Source: an uncultured archaeon
GTDB taxonomy: Archaea; Aenigmatarchaeota; Aenigmatarchaeia; QMZP01; QMZT01
Assembly (NCBI GenBank): GCA_964613955.1
Contig: CAZTJN010000001.1
Span: 97,656-161,655 of the forward strand
DNA length: 64,000 nucleotides
Direction: 5' to 3'
Under the pieces are notes generated by a model that was not told where the DNA came from, made no database searches, and saw only the letters and a program-made list of their open reading frames with translations. Shown here piece after piece: positions 18,312-27,488 of the stretch (position 1 is the first letter of the stretch; every line of letters begins with the position of its first letter). Made by a program: the position numbers and the translations under genes.

Positions 18312-19088
18312 TTGTTTAAAAATCAATTACGGAAAGATAAGATGACTTCAAAGACAGCAAAAGTCAAAAAAAAATTCGTCTCCATCGTGATACCCACATA
18401 CAATGAGAGGGAAAACATACGAATGCTCGTACCCAGAATTTTCAGGGTGTTCAAAAGGGAAAGGATAAAAGGCGAGGTTATAATAGTTGATGACAACTCG
18501 CCTGACAGGACAGGGGAAATCGCGGAAAAACTGAAAAATAAGTATAGTTTGAAAGTCATCCACAGAGAAAAGAAAAGTGGCCTGTCCTCCGCTGTTCTAG
18601 AGGGCTTCCGGAAGGCCGACGGTGAAATAATTGGTGTCATGGATGCCGATCTTTCCCACCCGCCTGAATACATACCGGATTTCGTGAGGCCAATAATCAG
18701 AAAGGAGGCCGACCTTGTCATAGGAAGCAGACGCGTGAAGGGAGGCGGGATAAGGGGATGGCCTCTCTCGAGAATTATTATTTCAAGGTCTGCTGCCATG
18801 CTTGCGAAAGGTCTGACAAAAGCCAAAGATCCCATGTCAGGCTTCTTTTTCTTCAACAGAAAAATCATGAATTCCATTGAGCTCAAGCCAAGCGGTTACA
18901 AGATATGCCTAGAAATAATAGTCAAGGGAAAATACGACAAAATGAAAGAAATCCCTTATGTTTTTGTGAACAGGAAGGAAGGTAAAAGCAAGCTAGGTTT
19001 CATGGAAACTCTCAGGTATTTTTACCACCTTTTCAGGCTCTACTGGTATAAAAAAAGTCATAAGAAGCAGAAAGCCTTGCCTATTTAA
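18312..19088 (+). CDS. Dolichyl/polyprenyl-phosphate mannosyl(glycosyl)transferase, GT2 family (Dpm1-like)
   Basis: 'VSIVIPTYNERENI...VIIVDDNSPDRTGEIA...GVMDADLSHPPEYIPDF...GSRRVKGGG' are the canonical Dpm1/GT2 motifs (DxD 'DAD'). Soluble, about 250 aa. The start may be the internal Met at 18342. Confidence 0.85.
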   Translation: MFKNQLRKDKMTSKTAKVKKKFVSIVIPTYNERENIRMLVPRIFRVFKRERIKGEVIIVDDNSPDRTGEIAEKLKNKYSLKVIHREKKSGLSSAVLEGFRKADGEIIGVMDADLSHPPEYIPDFVRPIIRKEADLVIGSRRVKGGGIRGWPLSRIIISRSAAMLAKGLTKAKDPMSGFFFFNRKIMNSIELKPSGYKICLEIIVKGKYDKMKEIPYVFVNRKEGKSKLGFMETLRYFYHLFRLYWYKKSHKKQKALPI

Positions 19089-19467
19089 TGCCCAGCCAGC
19101 TTTTTTTCATCTCAACGCTTTCACGGCACGAGCCTTTCAGGCCTTCTTCTATTATTCCCTTGCACATTGTCTCGTTCAGCAGGACCCTTGCGACACAGAA
19201 CGTCTTCACGTCAGGGTCGCCTATCATCTCGCATACATTAACATCCGAGTTCATTTCAGCAACGTCCGCAAGGCAGAAGTTCCTTTTCTCTGTTTTTTCG
19301 CAGTCCTGAATGCTGGGGTGTTCGGGATAGGTTGGGCTCAGATTTTCTGTCTGCTGGGCTTCTTGGGTTTCTCCTTCCTTATCAACAGGAGGTTTTTCAA
19401 TGGGCATGAATAGCACAATTAAAACAACAATTGCGATGGCTACGGCAACAAACACCCAGGTTTTCAT
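19081..19467 (-). CDS. Small secreted Cys-containing protein (128 aa)
   Basis: Signal peptide 'MKTWVFVAVAIAIVVLIVLF' and 6 Cys. No recognisable domain. Confidence 0.4.
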   Translation of the reverse strand: MKTWVFVAVAIAIVVLIVLFMPIEKPPVDKEGETQEAQQTENLSPTYPEHPSIQDCEKTEKRNFCLADVAEMNSDVNVCEMIGDPDVKTFCVARVLLNETMCKGIIEEGLKGSCRESVEMKKSWLGIK

Positions 19468-19524
19468 AATAAAGAGTTGTCGGCGCTGAATAAAAATAAA
19501 TAGCTTAGATTTTCAATCTATATC

Positions 19525-20571
19525 ATGCTCTCCCTGATAAAACCGGTTCTAAGGACAAAGATAAACAGGAGACTCGGAAGGTTCAACTTTCCCTATAAAT
19601 TAAACCTTCACGTAACCTATGCCTGCAACCAGAGATGCAAAACCTGCTTCATATGGGAGAGGTACAGAAAAAAACCCGAACTTATAAGAAGGGAACTGAA
19701 TATAAATCAATGGAAAAGGTTTTTTGAGAAACTTGGCGAAAATCTTTACTGGATTTCCATTTCAGGGGGCGAACCTTTCATCAGGGGGGATTTGCCCGAA
19801 ATAATTTCTTCCATAAATACCAAAAATTTATGCATACTGAGTGTCAACACCAACGGGCAATTGACAGAAAAGATATACAATATAGTAAGAGAATTGCTTG
19901 ACACAGTTCCGGAAAATGTCAAGGTTTTCCTCGCTGTGAGCCTTCTCGGAAAGGAGGATACCCACAACTTCATTTCAGGAAAAAAAGACGCCTTCAAAAC
20001 ATCAGAAAAGACATACAAAAAACTTAAATCTTTACAATCCAGACACAAAAACTTTTACCTTGAAAGGGAGCTCGTTGTAAACAAAAACAACCTTGATGAA
20101 ATATATGAGGTAGTCGAAAAACTCAACAAAGAGAAAATTCCGTTCACCATTACATTCTCCCAAGAATCTGAATATTACGACAACGTAGGAAAAAATGTCG
20201 GTCTGACCCCCGAGGAAAGAAAAAGGACCGCTAAAATCCTCAAGAACCTGAGAATTCCCCTGTACCAAAAAGCGGATTTTATCAAACACATTTTCAAAAA
20301 AAATGCAATCAGATTTTTTGAAAGAGGTGAAATTCCTAAATGCTATTCTTCATGGTGCTCTGTCAGGATAGATCCCTATGGAAATGTCTACCCTTGCATC
20401 ATGAGAAACGATAAAATAGGCAACCTTACGGAAAATGACATGGACCTAGAGAAAACGCTCCTAAAAGGCGATATACTTAGGATACAAAAACTTATAAAGG
20501 CAGGTAAATGCAACTGCTGGACGCCGTGCGAGGCCTACCACAACATTGTACAAAACTTCCCGTTTCTATAG
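19525..20571 (+). CDS. Radical SAM protein with SPASM/twitch-like C-terminal auxiliary-cluster domain
   Basis: 'CNQRCKTC' is the CxxxCxxC radical SAM motif. C-terminal 'CYSSWCSVRIDPYGNVYPC...CNCWTPC' Cys array. Confidence 0.8.
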   Translation: MLSLIKPVLRTKINRRLGRFNFPYKLNLHVTYACNQRCKTCFIWERYRKKPELIRRELNINQWKRFFEKLGENLYWISISGGEPFIRGDLPEIISSINTKNLCILSVNTNGQLTEKIYNIVRELLDTVPENVKVFLAVSLLGKEDTHNFISGKKDAFKTSEKTYKKLKSLQSRHKNFYLERELVVNKNNLDEIYEVVEKLNKEKIPFTITFSQESEYYDNVGKNVGLTPEERKRTAKILKNLRIPLYQKADFIKHIFKKNAIRFFERGEIPKCYSSWCSVRIDPYGNVYPCIMRNDKIGNLTENDMDLEKTLLKGDILRIQKLIKAGKCNCWTPCEAYHNIVQNFPFL

Positions 20572-20574
20572 CAT

Positions 20575-21906
20575 TCAAATCCTCAAAACAGTTTTCAGGA
20601 GGGTGAAGAACATTTCATAGTCACCCTTCCGGAAAAGGGTTTGCGTGTTTAAAACATAATTTAGGTAGTAGTATGCAAACTTCAAGTCGATATCAGGGAT
20701 CCTTGAAAAATTATGGTTTTTTGAAAAATTAAATTCTATCCATCCCTCTGTTGAACCGGGCAGGTGGAAGCCATTCCTTAGTACGAAATTGTACAAAGCG
20801 GTTCCGGGATATGGCTGATAAAATCCAGCGTAAAGCACACTTTTCAGTCTCTTTGCCAGTTTAAGTGTTTTGGAAAGGTCCCCCCTTGTTTCCGTCGGGA
20901 TGTCAATCATGAAGGAGGCAACAGACCTCAGGCCTATCTTGTTGCAGAAATCAAAAATATCAACAATTTGTTCAGTGTTCGTTCTTTTGTTTAGGAAGTC
21001 TAGCATCCTCTGCGAGCCTGATTCCACTCCGAAAAATATGTATTCGCAACCGTTTTCTTTGAAGGTTTTGAGCATTTTCTTATTCGCATCGGTAACCCTC
21101 AGTTGACACCCCCATCTCACGTCATGTGTTTTGAAAAGGTGTGACAGCTTTATTGCCCTCCTCATATCAGTCCCGACAAAGTTATCTTCATAATCAACTT
21201 TCAAGGCCTCGATTTTTGGGTAAGAAGATAGGAGATTCTCCAGATTTTCTCTCACCCTTCCCAAAGAATATGCCCTCCAACCTTCGCGGTAAAAAACCTT
21301 ATTGTAGCAGAAGTTACAGTTGTACGGACATCCGCGGGAAGTCGGCAAGGCCATTGTCTTCAAACCACCAATCCACCTGAAAGCATAATCATTGATATTA
21401 ATAATGTCCCAAGGTATGGGAGGCAGAGAATCCAGTTTTTTAATTGGGCTTTCTGAAATGTTGGATATTATTTTCCCGTTTTTCTTGAAAATAACCCCCT
21501 TTACCTTCTTGGGATTTTTCAGATTCTTTAGCAGGTCATTAAAGGCAATGTCCCCTTCCCCGACAACAACAAAATCTACATAATCCTCCTTTATTACCTG
21601 ATAAGGGAGGAGGGAGGGGTGAACACCACCCCAAACCACTTTCGCTTGTGTATTTTCCTTTGAGAATTTCGAAATCTCAACACAGGATTTTAACGATTTT
21701 CCGGTCCAGCTGGTAAGTCCCATTACATCAGGGTCGGTTTTTTTTATTATTTTTTTTGCTGTTTCTACCGATATTTTATTGCAATCCAAGATCTCAACAT
21801 CGTTGCCTTCTTTGTACGGCAGCGCCGCTATCTGCATGAGCCCCAGAGGTATAGATGGGACTTTACCGGGAAATTTTGTTTCCGGGTTTACGAGCAATAT
21901 TTTCAT
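20575..21906 (-). CDS. B12-binding domain radical SAM protein (class B)
   Basis: N-terminal Rossmann-like B12-binding region 'MKILLVNPE...LGLMQIAALPYKEGNDVEILD...DVMGLTS', then 'TSRGCPYNCNFCYN', the CxxxCxxC motif. 443 aa. Confidence 0.85.
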   Translation of the reverse strand: MKILLVNPETKFPGKVPSIPLGLMQIAALPYKEGNDVEILDCNKISVETAKKIIKKTDPDVMGLTSWTGKSLKSCVEISKFSKENTQAKVVWGGVHPSLLPYQVIKEDYVDFVVVGEGDIAFNDLLKNLKNPKKVKGVIFKKNGKIISNISESPIKKLDSLPPIPWDIININDYAFRWIGGLKTMALPTSRGCPYNCNFCYNKVFYREGWRAYSLGRVRENLENLLSSYPKIEALKVDYEDNFVGTDMRRAIKLSHLFKTHDVRWGCQLRVTDANKKMLKTFKENGCEYIFFGVESGSQRMLDFLNKRTNTEQIVDIFDFCNKIGLRSVASFMIDIPTETRGDLSKTLKLAKRLKSVLYAGFYQPYPGTALYNFVLRNGFHLPGSTEGWIEFNFSKNHNFSRIPDIDLKFAYYYLNYVLNTQTLFRKGDYEMFFTLLKTVLRI

Positions 21907-22966
21907 TTTTCCTCCTGAGTACGGAGTCGAAAACTATGTTTAATTCTTCCTGGCAGTTCCATACACATTCTTTGCAGTTCAGTAAGTTCAAACGTAAAGT
22001 TTCATATAACTCTGAATACCAGAAATCCTTGATATTGAGGTTGTGGATATTTCCTATTTTCTTCCCAAGTTCAAACATACCAAAGCAGGGATAAATATCC
22101 CCATTCGAATCTATTACCACTGTTAAAAATCCAGCCCCGCATGCCCTTGACCTTTCTCCTTTGAGAATAAATTTTTTAATTGTTTCCAGGTATTTTTCAG
22201 TGTTGTCTATAATTCCCTTCTCCCTCTCTATGTTTACTATCTTGTTCACTATTTCCTCGAGTTTGTTTTTTTGACATTCAGAGAAAGAGAGGGACTTCTT
22301 CATGTTAAAATTGTGCACCGGTATGAAACCTATATTTTTAATCCCGAGATTACTCAAGAAGTTCACGGTTTCTAGCAGCCTATCCAAGGTTTGGGGGGAT
22401 AATAAAATATTCACGGTTATCCTTGTTTTGTTGTTGGAAACATTTAACAAATTTTTGATTCCTAGAACCGCTTTGTCGTGCGCACCTTTTATTCCCCTCA
22501 ACCTATCGAAAATTTCAGGATCATCAGAATCCAGCGAAACCGATATTGTATCAACACCAATTTCAGTTATTTTTTTTGCCACAGAATTTGTTATTAATGT
22601 TCCGTTGGTGGATATATCCAAAAACATACCTTTGCCTTTTACGTAATTCATAATTTCGAACACGTCCTCCCTCATGAGCGGCTCTCCTCCTGATATGGAT
22701 ATAGTTGTAACACCAAGTTTTTCGAGATCATTAACCAACCTGAATATTTCTTCTTTTGACATTTCGTTGTTTTTGTATTTCCATAAATTGCACATTTCGC
22801 ACCTCAGATTGCATCTTCTGGTGAGAATCAAGATCGCAAGCAAAGGCGGATGTTTTATTTTCCAGTCCCTGAGAGAAAAATAGGTGCGTATAAAATTAAG
22901 GGATTGTTTAAATCCCTTTGTGCTTAAAAAATTTTTCCGTGCATAAGCTTTGTATTTTTCCCTCAT
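21863..22966 (-). CDS. Radical SAM protein with SPASM/twitch-like C-terminal domain
   Basis: 'LTRRCNLRCEMCNLW'. C-terminal 'CGAGFLTVVIDSNGDIYPC...CKECVWNC'. Overlaps the downstream B12-rSAM gene by 44 bp. Confidence 0.8.
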   Translation of the reverse strand: MREKYKAYARKNFLSTKGFKQSLNFIRTYFSLRDWKIKHPPLLAILILTRRCNLRCEMCNLWKYKNNEMSKEEIFRLVNDLEKLGVTTISISGGEPLMREDVFEIMNYVKGKGMFLDISTNGTLITNSVAKKITEIGVDTISVSLDSDDPEIFDRLRGIKGAHDKAVLGIKNLLNVSNNKTRITVNILLSPQTLDRLLETVNFLSNLGIKNIGFIPVHNFNMKKSLSFSECQKNKLEEIVNKIVNIEREKGIIDNTEKYLETIKKFILKGERSRACGAGFLTVVIDSNGDIYPCFGMFELGKKIGNIHNLNIKDFWYSELYETLRLNLLNCKECVWNCQEELNIVFDSVLRRKNENIARKPGNKISR

Positions 22967-23103
22967 TCAAAGACCTTTTAAAATAGTGGAAGTGAATTTT
23001 AAATAAAGAACTCCACCAGTCTTTGAATGGTGGATGATAGAAATCATATTCAAGGGCGTGACCTAGAAATCATACACCATCATGCTACCGGAGAATGTAA
23101 AAA

Positions 23104-23124
23104 GACGCATGCTTGACATGCGTC
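23104..23124. other. Hairpin-forming inverted repeat GACGCATG-cttga-CATGCGTC in an unusually long (315 bp) intra-cluster spacer
   Basis: 8-bp perfect arms with a 5-nt loop. Nearby are the 'CACCAgtctttgaaTGGTG' stem and a duplicated GGTGCTT. It lies 3' of the GT-C gene 23282-24844 on the minus strand. Confidence 0.3.
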
Positions 23125-23281
23125 ACCCCATAATCTGACCGGTGCTTGTTGGCAAAACTGGTGCTTTATTTTCCGAACATTTCCAGAGATAAAAGCATCG
23201 CCTTTTCCAAATGATATCTTCAGTGGGTTTTCGATATTTTCCGATTTGCCCATCTTGTAAATTTATTCTATAAATTTTATT

Positions 23282-24844
23282 TTAATCCACGATTTTGTAG
23301 AGACGGGTACACCCTTTCTCTTCAACAAGTGCGAGCGTATGATTCTTTTTCAGCTGATCGAAAATCAGTCTCCCGTATCCGAAAAACGTGGTATCGCACA
23401 TAGTATGGTTTACGTACAGGTAGTATTTCCCTCCCTTGTTTCTGCATCCTGAAAAAGAGGAAGTTAGATGTTTATCAGGCAACAATATTTTCATAACCAT
23501 TTCTGGGGAAGACATGCAATAATTTGACTGGGAGCTCTCGAAAAGCAAACAATCGTTATCCTTCACATAACTTCCGAAATGGATTATATTATCAATAAGA
23601 CAGTCGTCTTTTTCGAAGACGAAAACGTTCGTGCTTGAATGAAACAGTAATAATATTAAAATCAATACCACGAAAACGCCTGTAGTTCTAACCATATGCG
23701 GTATCCTGAAGGGAAATCTATTCTCCACAGTTCGCTCAACCAAATCCTTTGCTTTGAAAATACCGTAGCCCATCAGGATCGCCAGTGCTGGCTGCAGTGT
23801 TAGCTGATATAACTGCGGGTTGGTGTAAAGTGTTGCCCAGTACAGACCGTAAAAAAGAAAAAAGAATGCCACCCACGAAAACAGGAATATGAGACTGCGT
23901 TCTTTTGATACAAAAAGAAGAGAAAACAAAAGAAAGGCATAGAGAATGGTGGGATAAACATAGGGTTTTGCCAAATTTGAAGAAAGATGATATTGAACGT
24001 TTGGTATTAAGTACCCCAAGGAAAATGTTACAGGCCGTTCCTCATAATGAGGGTCTCTTGCCGGACCATAGATATTATCACCTATAATGTAATAGTAGCT
24101 GACAGGTATCATGAAAATCAAGAATATAAGCAAAGGGATTTTCAATTTTTTAATCTGGAATTTCTTCCTGTTTAAAATGAAATCCATAATGAACAAAGGT
24201 ATGAATATGGAATTGTCTGTTCTTACGTGGAGAGAAAACACGAGGAGCAGTAGGAAGAGAAGGTAAAGACCCCTCTTTCCTGCCTTAATCGAAATGAAAT
24301 ACATGAGAAATGTTAGCATGATAAAAAAGACGGACGTTACCTCGCTTGCATTGAGTTTTGCAAGGATAACAGACATGGGAAAAAGAGAGTATATCAAGGA
24401 GGAAAACAAAGCCACATAGTCCCTCTTGAAAAGAATATATGCGAGAAGAAAAATCATCAAAATAGTTAGCGAGCTCAGGAGCAGGTTAAGATAGAGAATG
24501 ACATTGTAGTTTGAACCAAACAAAAAGAAACCCGCTGCCATCAGTAAAGAATACCCTTTGGGGTGCCAGAAATCCTCCACAATCTGGTTTTCCAGCATAT
24601 TTACAGATGTTTTCACATAACTCCAGCAAAGCCCGTTGGGCGAGCTACATCCTGGGGAAGTGAATCTCAAATACGAACCCAAAAGAAAAATTAAAATGAA
24701 TGCCACCCAGACATGTATTTTTATTTTTCTGAAAAAAGAGGCAATATTTCTTATGTTGGCCAAAATCAATACACAAATCAAAACAAAGTTAATAAGTAAT
24801 ATGTAAAGTAAACTGCCGGAAAGGAAAGACTGAAAATCAAACAT
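23282..24844 (-). CDS. GT-C fold membrane glycosyltransferase, PMT/ArnT-like (GT39/GT83 family), paralog group A
   Basis: 520 aa. N-terminal polytopic domain (10 or more TM helices) plus C-terminal soluble domain ending '...LYKIVD'. The TM2 region 'KIKIHVWVAFILIFLLGSYLRF' is shared with five other paralogs. Confidence 0.6.
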   Translation of the reverse strand: MFDFQSFLSGSLLYILLINFVLICVLILANIRNIASFFRKIKIHVWVAFILIFLLGSYLRFTSPGCSSPNGLCWSYVKTSVNMLENQIVEDFWHPKGYSLLMAAGFFLFGSNYNVILYLNLLLSSLTILMIFLLAYILFKRDYVALFSSLIYSLFPMSVILAKLNASEVTSVFFIMLTFLMYFISIKAGKRGLYLLFLLLLVFSLHVRTDNSIFIPLFIMDFILNRKKFQIKKLKIPLLIFLIFMIPVSYYYIIGDNIYGPARDPHYEERPVTFSLGYLIPNVQYHLSSNLAKPYVYPTILYAFLLFSLLFVSKERSLIFLFSWVAFFFLFYGLYWATLYTNPQLYQLTLQPALAILMGYGIFKAKDLVERTVENRFPFRIPHMVRTTGVFVVLILILLLFHSSTNVFVFEKDDCLIDNIIHFGSYVKDNDCLLFESSQSNYCMSSPEMVMKILLPDKHLTSSFSGCRNKGGKYYLYVNHTMCDTTFFGYGRLIFDQLKKNHTLALVEEKGCTRLYKIVD

Positions 24845-24884
24845 CCAGACACCACTATTGTTTTAGCGTCTCAGAAATTAAAAG

Positions 24885-25313
24885 TTAATAGTCTATCCCT
24901 ATCTTATCGCTGACCTGGTTCATTTTGCTCTTATAGCATTCTCCCGAACAGCACCATTCAATCGAAAACACACGAATATCGACATCCCCTTCACAGGGAA
25001 TCAGTTTCAACACGCCTGTTTTCCCGCTTTTTAACGGTTCAGTCACACTGAAATCTGCCGGCAAAGTTATGTTGGTTTCGACCCCGAACGGGACAACTAT
25101 TTTTATACTCGTTATATCCTTCCGGTTCGGGTTATAGAAAGGGACTGACAAGTAACCATCGATACACTTTCCTTGACCATATTCTATTGAACAGGAGGGA
25201 TTATAAGAACTGAAATAATCTTCCCAGTATAATCTCACTAGTGACACCAAAAATACTGCTACCAATATGATAAAAAAAAGTTTTCTTAATTTGTTGTATT
25301 TCATCTCTTTCAT
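24885..25313 (-). CDS. Small membrane-anchored Cys-containing protein (142 aa)
   Basis: N-terminal TM helix 'LFFIILVAVFLVSLVRL', then an extracytoplasmic domain with 7 Cys. Confidence 0.4.
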   Translation of the reverse strand: MKEMKYNKLRKLFFIILVAVFLVSLVRLYWEDYFSSYNPSCSIEYGQGKCIDGYLSVPFYNPNRKDITSIKIVVPFGVETNITLPADFSVTEPLKSGKTGVLKLIPCEGDVDIRVFSIEWCCSGECYKSKMNQVSDKIGIDY

Positions 25314-25427
25314 ATTTTACTCTCCATATGTTTTATAATTTCGCAGAATTGATTTTATATAATCTGAATTTGAACGAATTACTTTCGATAACGTTTGGTT
25401 TAAATTCCGAATATTTTTCAGGCAGAT

Positions 25428-26022
25428 TTATTTCAAATTCTCTGAAAGTTTCGAGCTCGAACTTCTCGTGCATTTCTTCACACAGATATAAGAAAAGAGA
25501 CTCAATAACGCGAAAAATACAGATGTTGTGTTAGATTCAATACTATTTGAAAGTAATATGTGCAGACGAAACAGAGCAAGCAAAAGAGCAGAGTAAAGAC
25601 CTGTCTCCTCTTTTTCAAAAAGAAGGCAGGCAACAAGGAAGATTATGATAACAGAAACAGCACCAAAAAACATTCACAGAGTAAAACACACCAATACTTG
25701 ACCCGAAAATCAAAAAGATAACCGAGAGCAGGAATGGATAAGAAATAGATTTCTCAATGGCCAAGTGGATATCACCCTGCAGCATACCTCTTGCAGCTTT
25801 CCCGCAGCCGTACTAATCATGAACCGTGAAGAAAATGTTTGGGAACATCTCCATGAGAAGAAGGGACAGGGCAACGATTACGATAAGTATAACCCATGTA
25901 GATTTTCTTATTTTTGACAGCTGTTTTCCTATATCTTTAATGTTAAAAATAAACAAAACAATTAGTAATGAAAAACAAACCGATAGCAATAAGACGTAAA
26001 AATGCGAAAGCTACTCAAACAT
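25428..26022 (-). pseudogene. Decayed 5' remnant of a GT-C paralog (group A) with in-frame stops and internal deletions
   Basis: Minus-strand translation from the ATG at 26022 gives 'MFE*LSHFYVLLLSVCFSLLIVLFIFNIKDIGKQLSKIRKSTWVILIVIVALSLLLMEMFPNIFFTVHD*Y...YPFLLSVIFLIFG', continuing in ORF 25428-25673 as '...EETGLYSALLLALF...TTSVFFALLSLFSYI'. These align with intact paralogs, for example 39193: 'LNLKDIKNQFHKIDKKVWAFLLVIFLFGFSL...YPFLIMLSYSIFG...KREEIGLYSAILYAM...SVSVFFIALAVLAYL'. There are TAG stops at codons 4 and about 66, and roughly two-thirds of the gene is missing. Confidence 0.55.
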
Positions 26023-26063
26023 CCAATAAGTTTTTGGATTTGAATTTTAAAAAATGTTACCCT

Positions 26064-27413
26064 TTAGGATGTAATGAATCTCAGGGCATGGAATCCTCTT
26101 TTAATATCTCCAAACGATCTAATTTTTTTGAACTGATCTAAAATGTAACTACCCCTTAAATAATATCTTTTGTATACCTCTCTCTGAATTTTTATCAACT
26201 CATCTTGCGTAAACATGCAAATTTCTTTTGGTCCTTTTCTATACATTTCAGATCCCGGGTATATAATTATTGGATTAAACTGTACGTAGTCCGGTTTTAG
26301 CATTTTCATTAGCCTGAAACTTTTTTCTACAGAGTCCTTCGTTTCTCCCGGGGACCCTATAATTACGTATGATAAAATTCTTATACCTGCCTTTTTGGTT
26401 AACTCAAAAGCCTTTTTAGTTTCTTCAAGTTTCACCTGCTTTTTCATTTTGTCCAGTATCTTCTGGTCCCCGCTTTCGACACCATACGCTATTACTGAAC
26501 ATCCAGCAGTCTTCATTTTCTCCAGCAAAATTTTATCAACCATATCAACCCTTGTTGCACATATCCACTTGATGTCCATTTTTTCCCTTGTTATGAGATC
26601 ACATATCTTCATCGTTCTTTTCCGGTTCAATGTGAAGTTGTCATCATAAAAGACAATGTTCTTGGTTTTTTGCATATCCACAACTTCCCTCAACTCCTCG
26701 AAAACATTTTCAACGCTTCTTTCCCTGTAGGGGCCGTAGACCCTTCTGGAACAATACACACAATTGTATGGGCACCCTCTCGTGGTGAGAAACGTTGTCA
26801 TGGGTCTGTCTATCAGAATGTGACCGTAAATTTTTGTTTCCAAGAGTTCTCTGGACGGGAAACTTATAGAATCGAGGTTGTTTGTATAGCATGGCTTGTT
26901 TATGTGTGTCTTCTTGTTAAATTTTAAACACAAACCCATCGTGTTTTTCAGATTTCTTTCATTTCCAAAACTTTCAACCAAATTCCTGAAAACAATTTCC
27001 TGGTCCCCTCTTATGATAAAGTCCACATATCTGAGGGCGCGCTCTGGAAATGTGCTTGCAAACGGACCGCCAGCAGCCGTAACAGCATTCAGACCTATCG
27101 ATTTCATTTTTGCTGAAAATAGCCTTATCCAGTTTTCCAAGTCACCCATCACAAAATCGCAGTAGTTGTTTGGTATAATTCCGATAATATCAGGCTTGCT
27201 TTCATATATTTTTTTCAGACATTCTTCGATCCCCATCTCTTTTGCATAGCAGTCCATTATTTCGACATCGGCCAGACCTTTTAGTGATGAAGCGATGTAG
27301 GCCAAATTCAGGGGAGGTGTCACGAACAATGTCTTGTAACCATCCAGCCTGCCGAATCCGGGGTTTACCAAACAGACTTTAATTCTATCACCTTGTATAT
27401 CAAAACCGAACAT
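26064..27413 (-). CDS. B12-binding domain radical SAM protein (class B)
   Basis: 'IKVCLVNPGFGRL...LAYIASSLKGLADVEIMD...DIIGI', then 'TTRGCPYNCVYCSRR'. 449 aa. Confidence 0.85.
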   Translation of the reverse strand: MFGFDIQGDRIKVCLVNPGFGRLDGYKTLFVTPPLNLAYIASSLKGLADVEIMDCYAKEMGIEECLKKIYESKPDIIGIIPNNYCDFVMGDLENWIRLFSAKMKSIGLNAVTAAGGPFASTFPERALRYVDFIIRGDQEIVFRNLVESFGNERNLKNTMGLCLKFNKKTHINKPCYTNNLDSISFPSRELLETKIYGHILIDRPMTTFLTTRGCPYNCVYCSRRVYGPYRERSVENVFEELREVVDMQKTKNIVFYDDNFTLNRKRTMKICDLITREKMDIKWICATRVDMVDKILLEKMKTAGCSVIAYGVESGDQKILDKMKKQVKLEETKKAFELTKKAGIRILSYVIIGSPGETKDSVEKSFRLMKMLKPDYVQFNPIIIYPGSEMYRKGPKEICMFTQDELIKIQREVYKRYYLRGSYILDQFKKIRSFGDIKRGFHALRFITS

Positions 27414-27460
27414 AGAAATTTATGAGAATTAAACTTAAAAACCGAAATTGAAGAATGCTA

Positions 27461-27474
27461 TTTATAAAATATTT
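27461..27474 (+). promoter_or_regulatory. TATA-box-like element (TTTATAAAATATTT) for the GT2 gene at 27489
   Basis: Centred about 25 bp upstream of the ATG, in the 75-bp divergent spacer between the B12-rSAM (minus) and GT2 (plus) genes. Consistent with an archaeal promoter and a leaderless or short-leader mRNA. Confidence 0.3.
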
Positions 27475-27488
27475 GGAAAATTATAAAC

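Noticed and set aside
23200-23230. Possible CRISPR, tRNA or other structured RNA in intergenic regions (22967-23281, 31972-32237, 62118-62317)
   Set aside because: There are no regularly spaced direct repeats of 24-40 bp and no tRNA-like T-loop (GTTCGAATC) or acceptor-stem pairing. Only short hairpins and duplicated heptamers were found.
25328-25673. ORF-track entries 25328-25534 (plus) and 25428-25673 (minus) as independent small genes
   Set aside because: They are better explained as fragments of the decayed GT-C paralog. The minus ORF matches the 'EETGLYSA...SVFF' segment of the intact paralogs.
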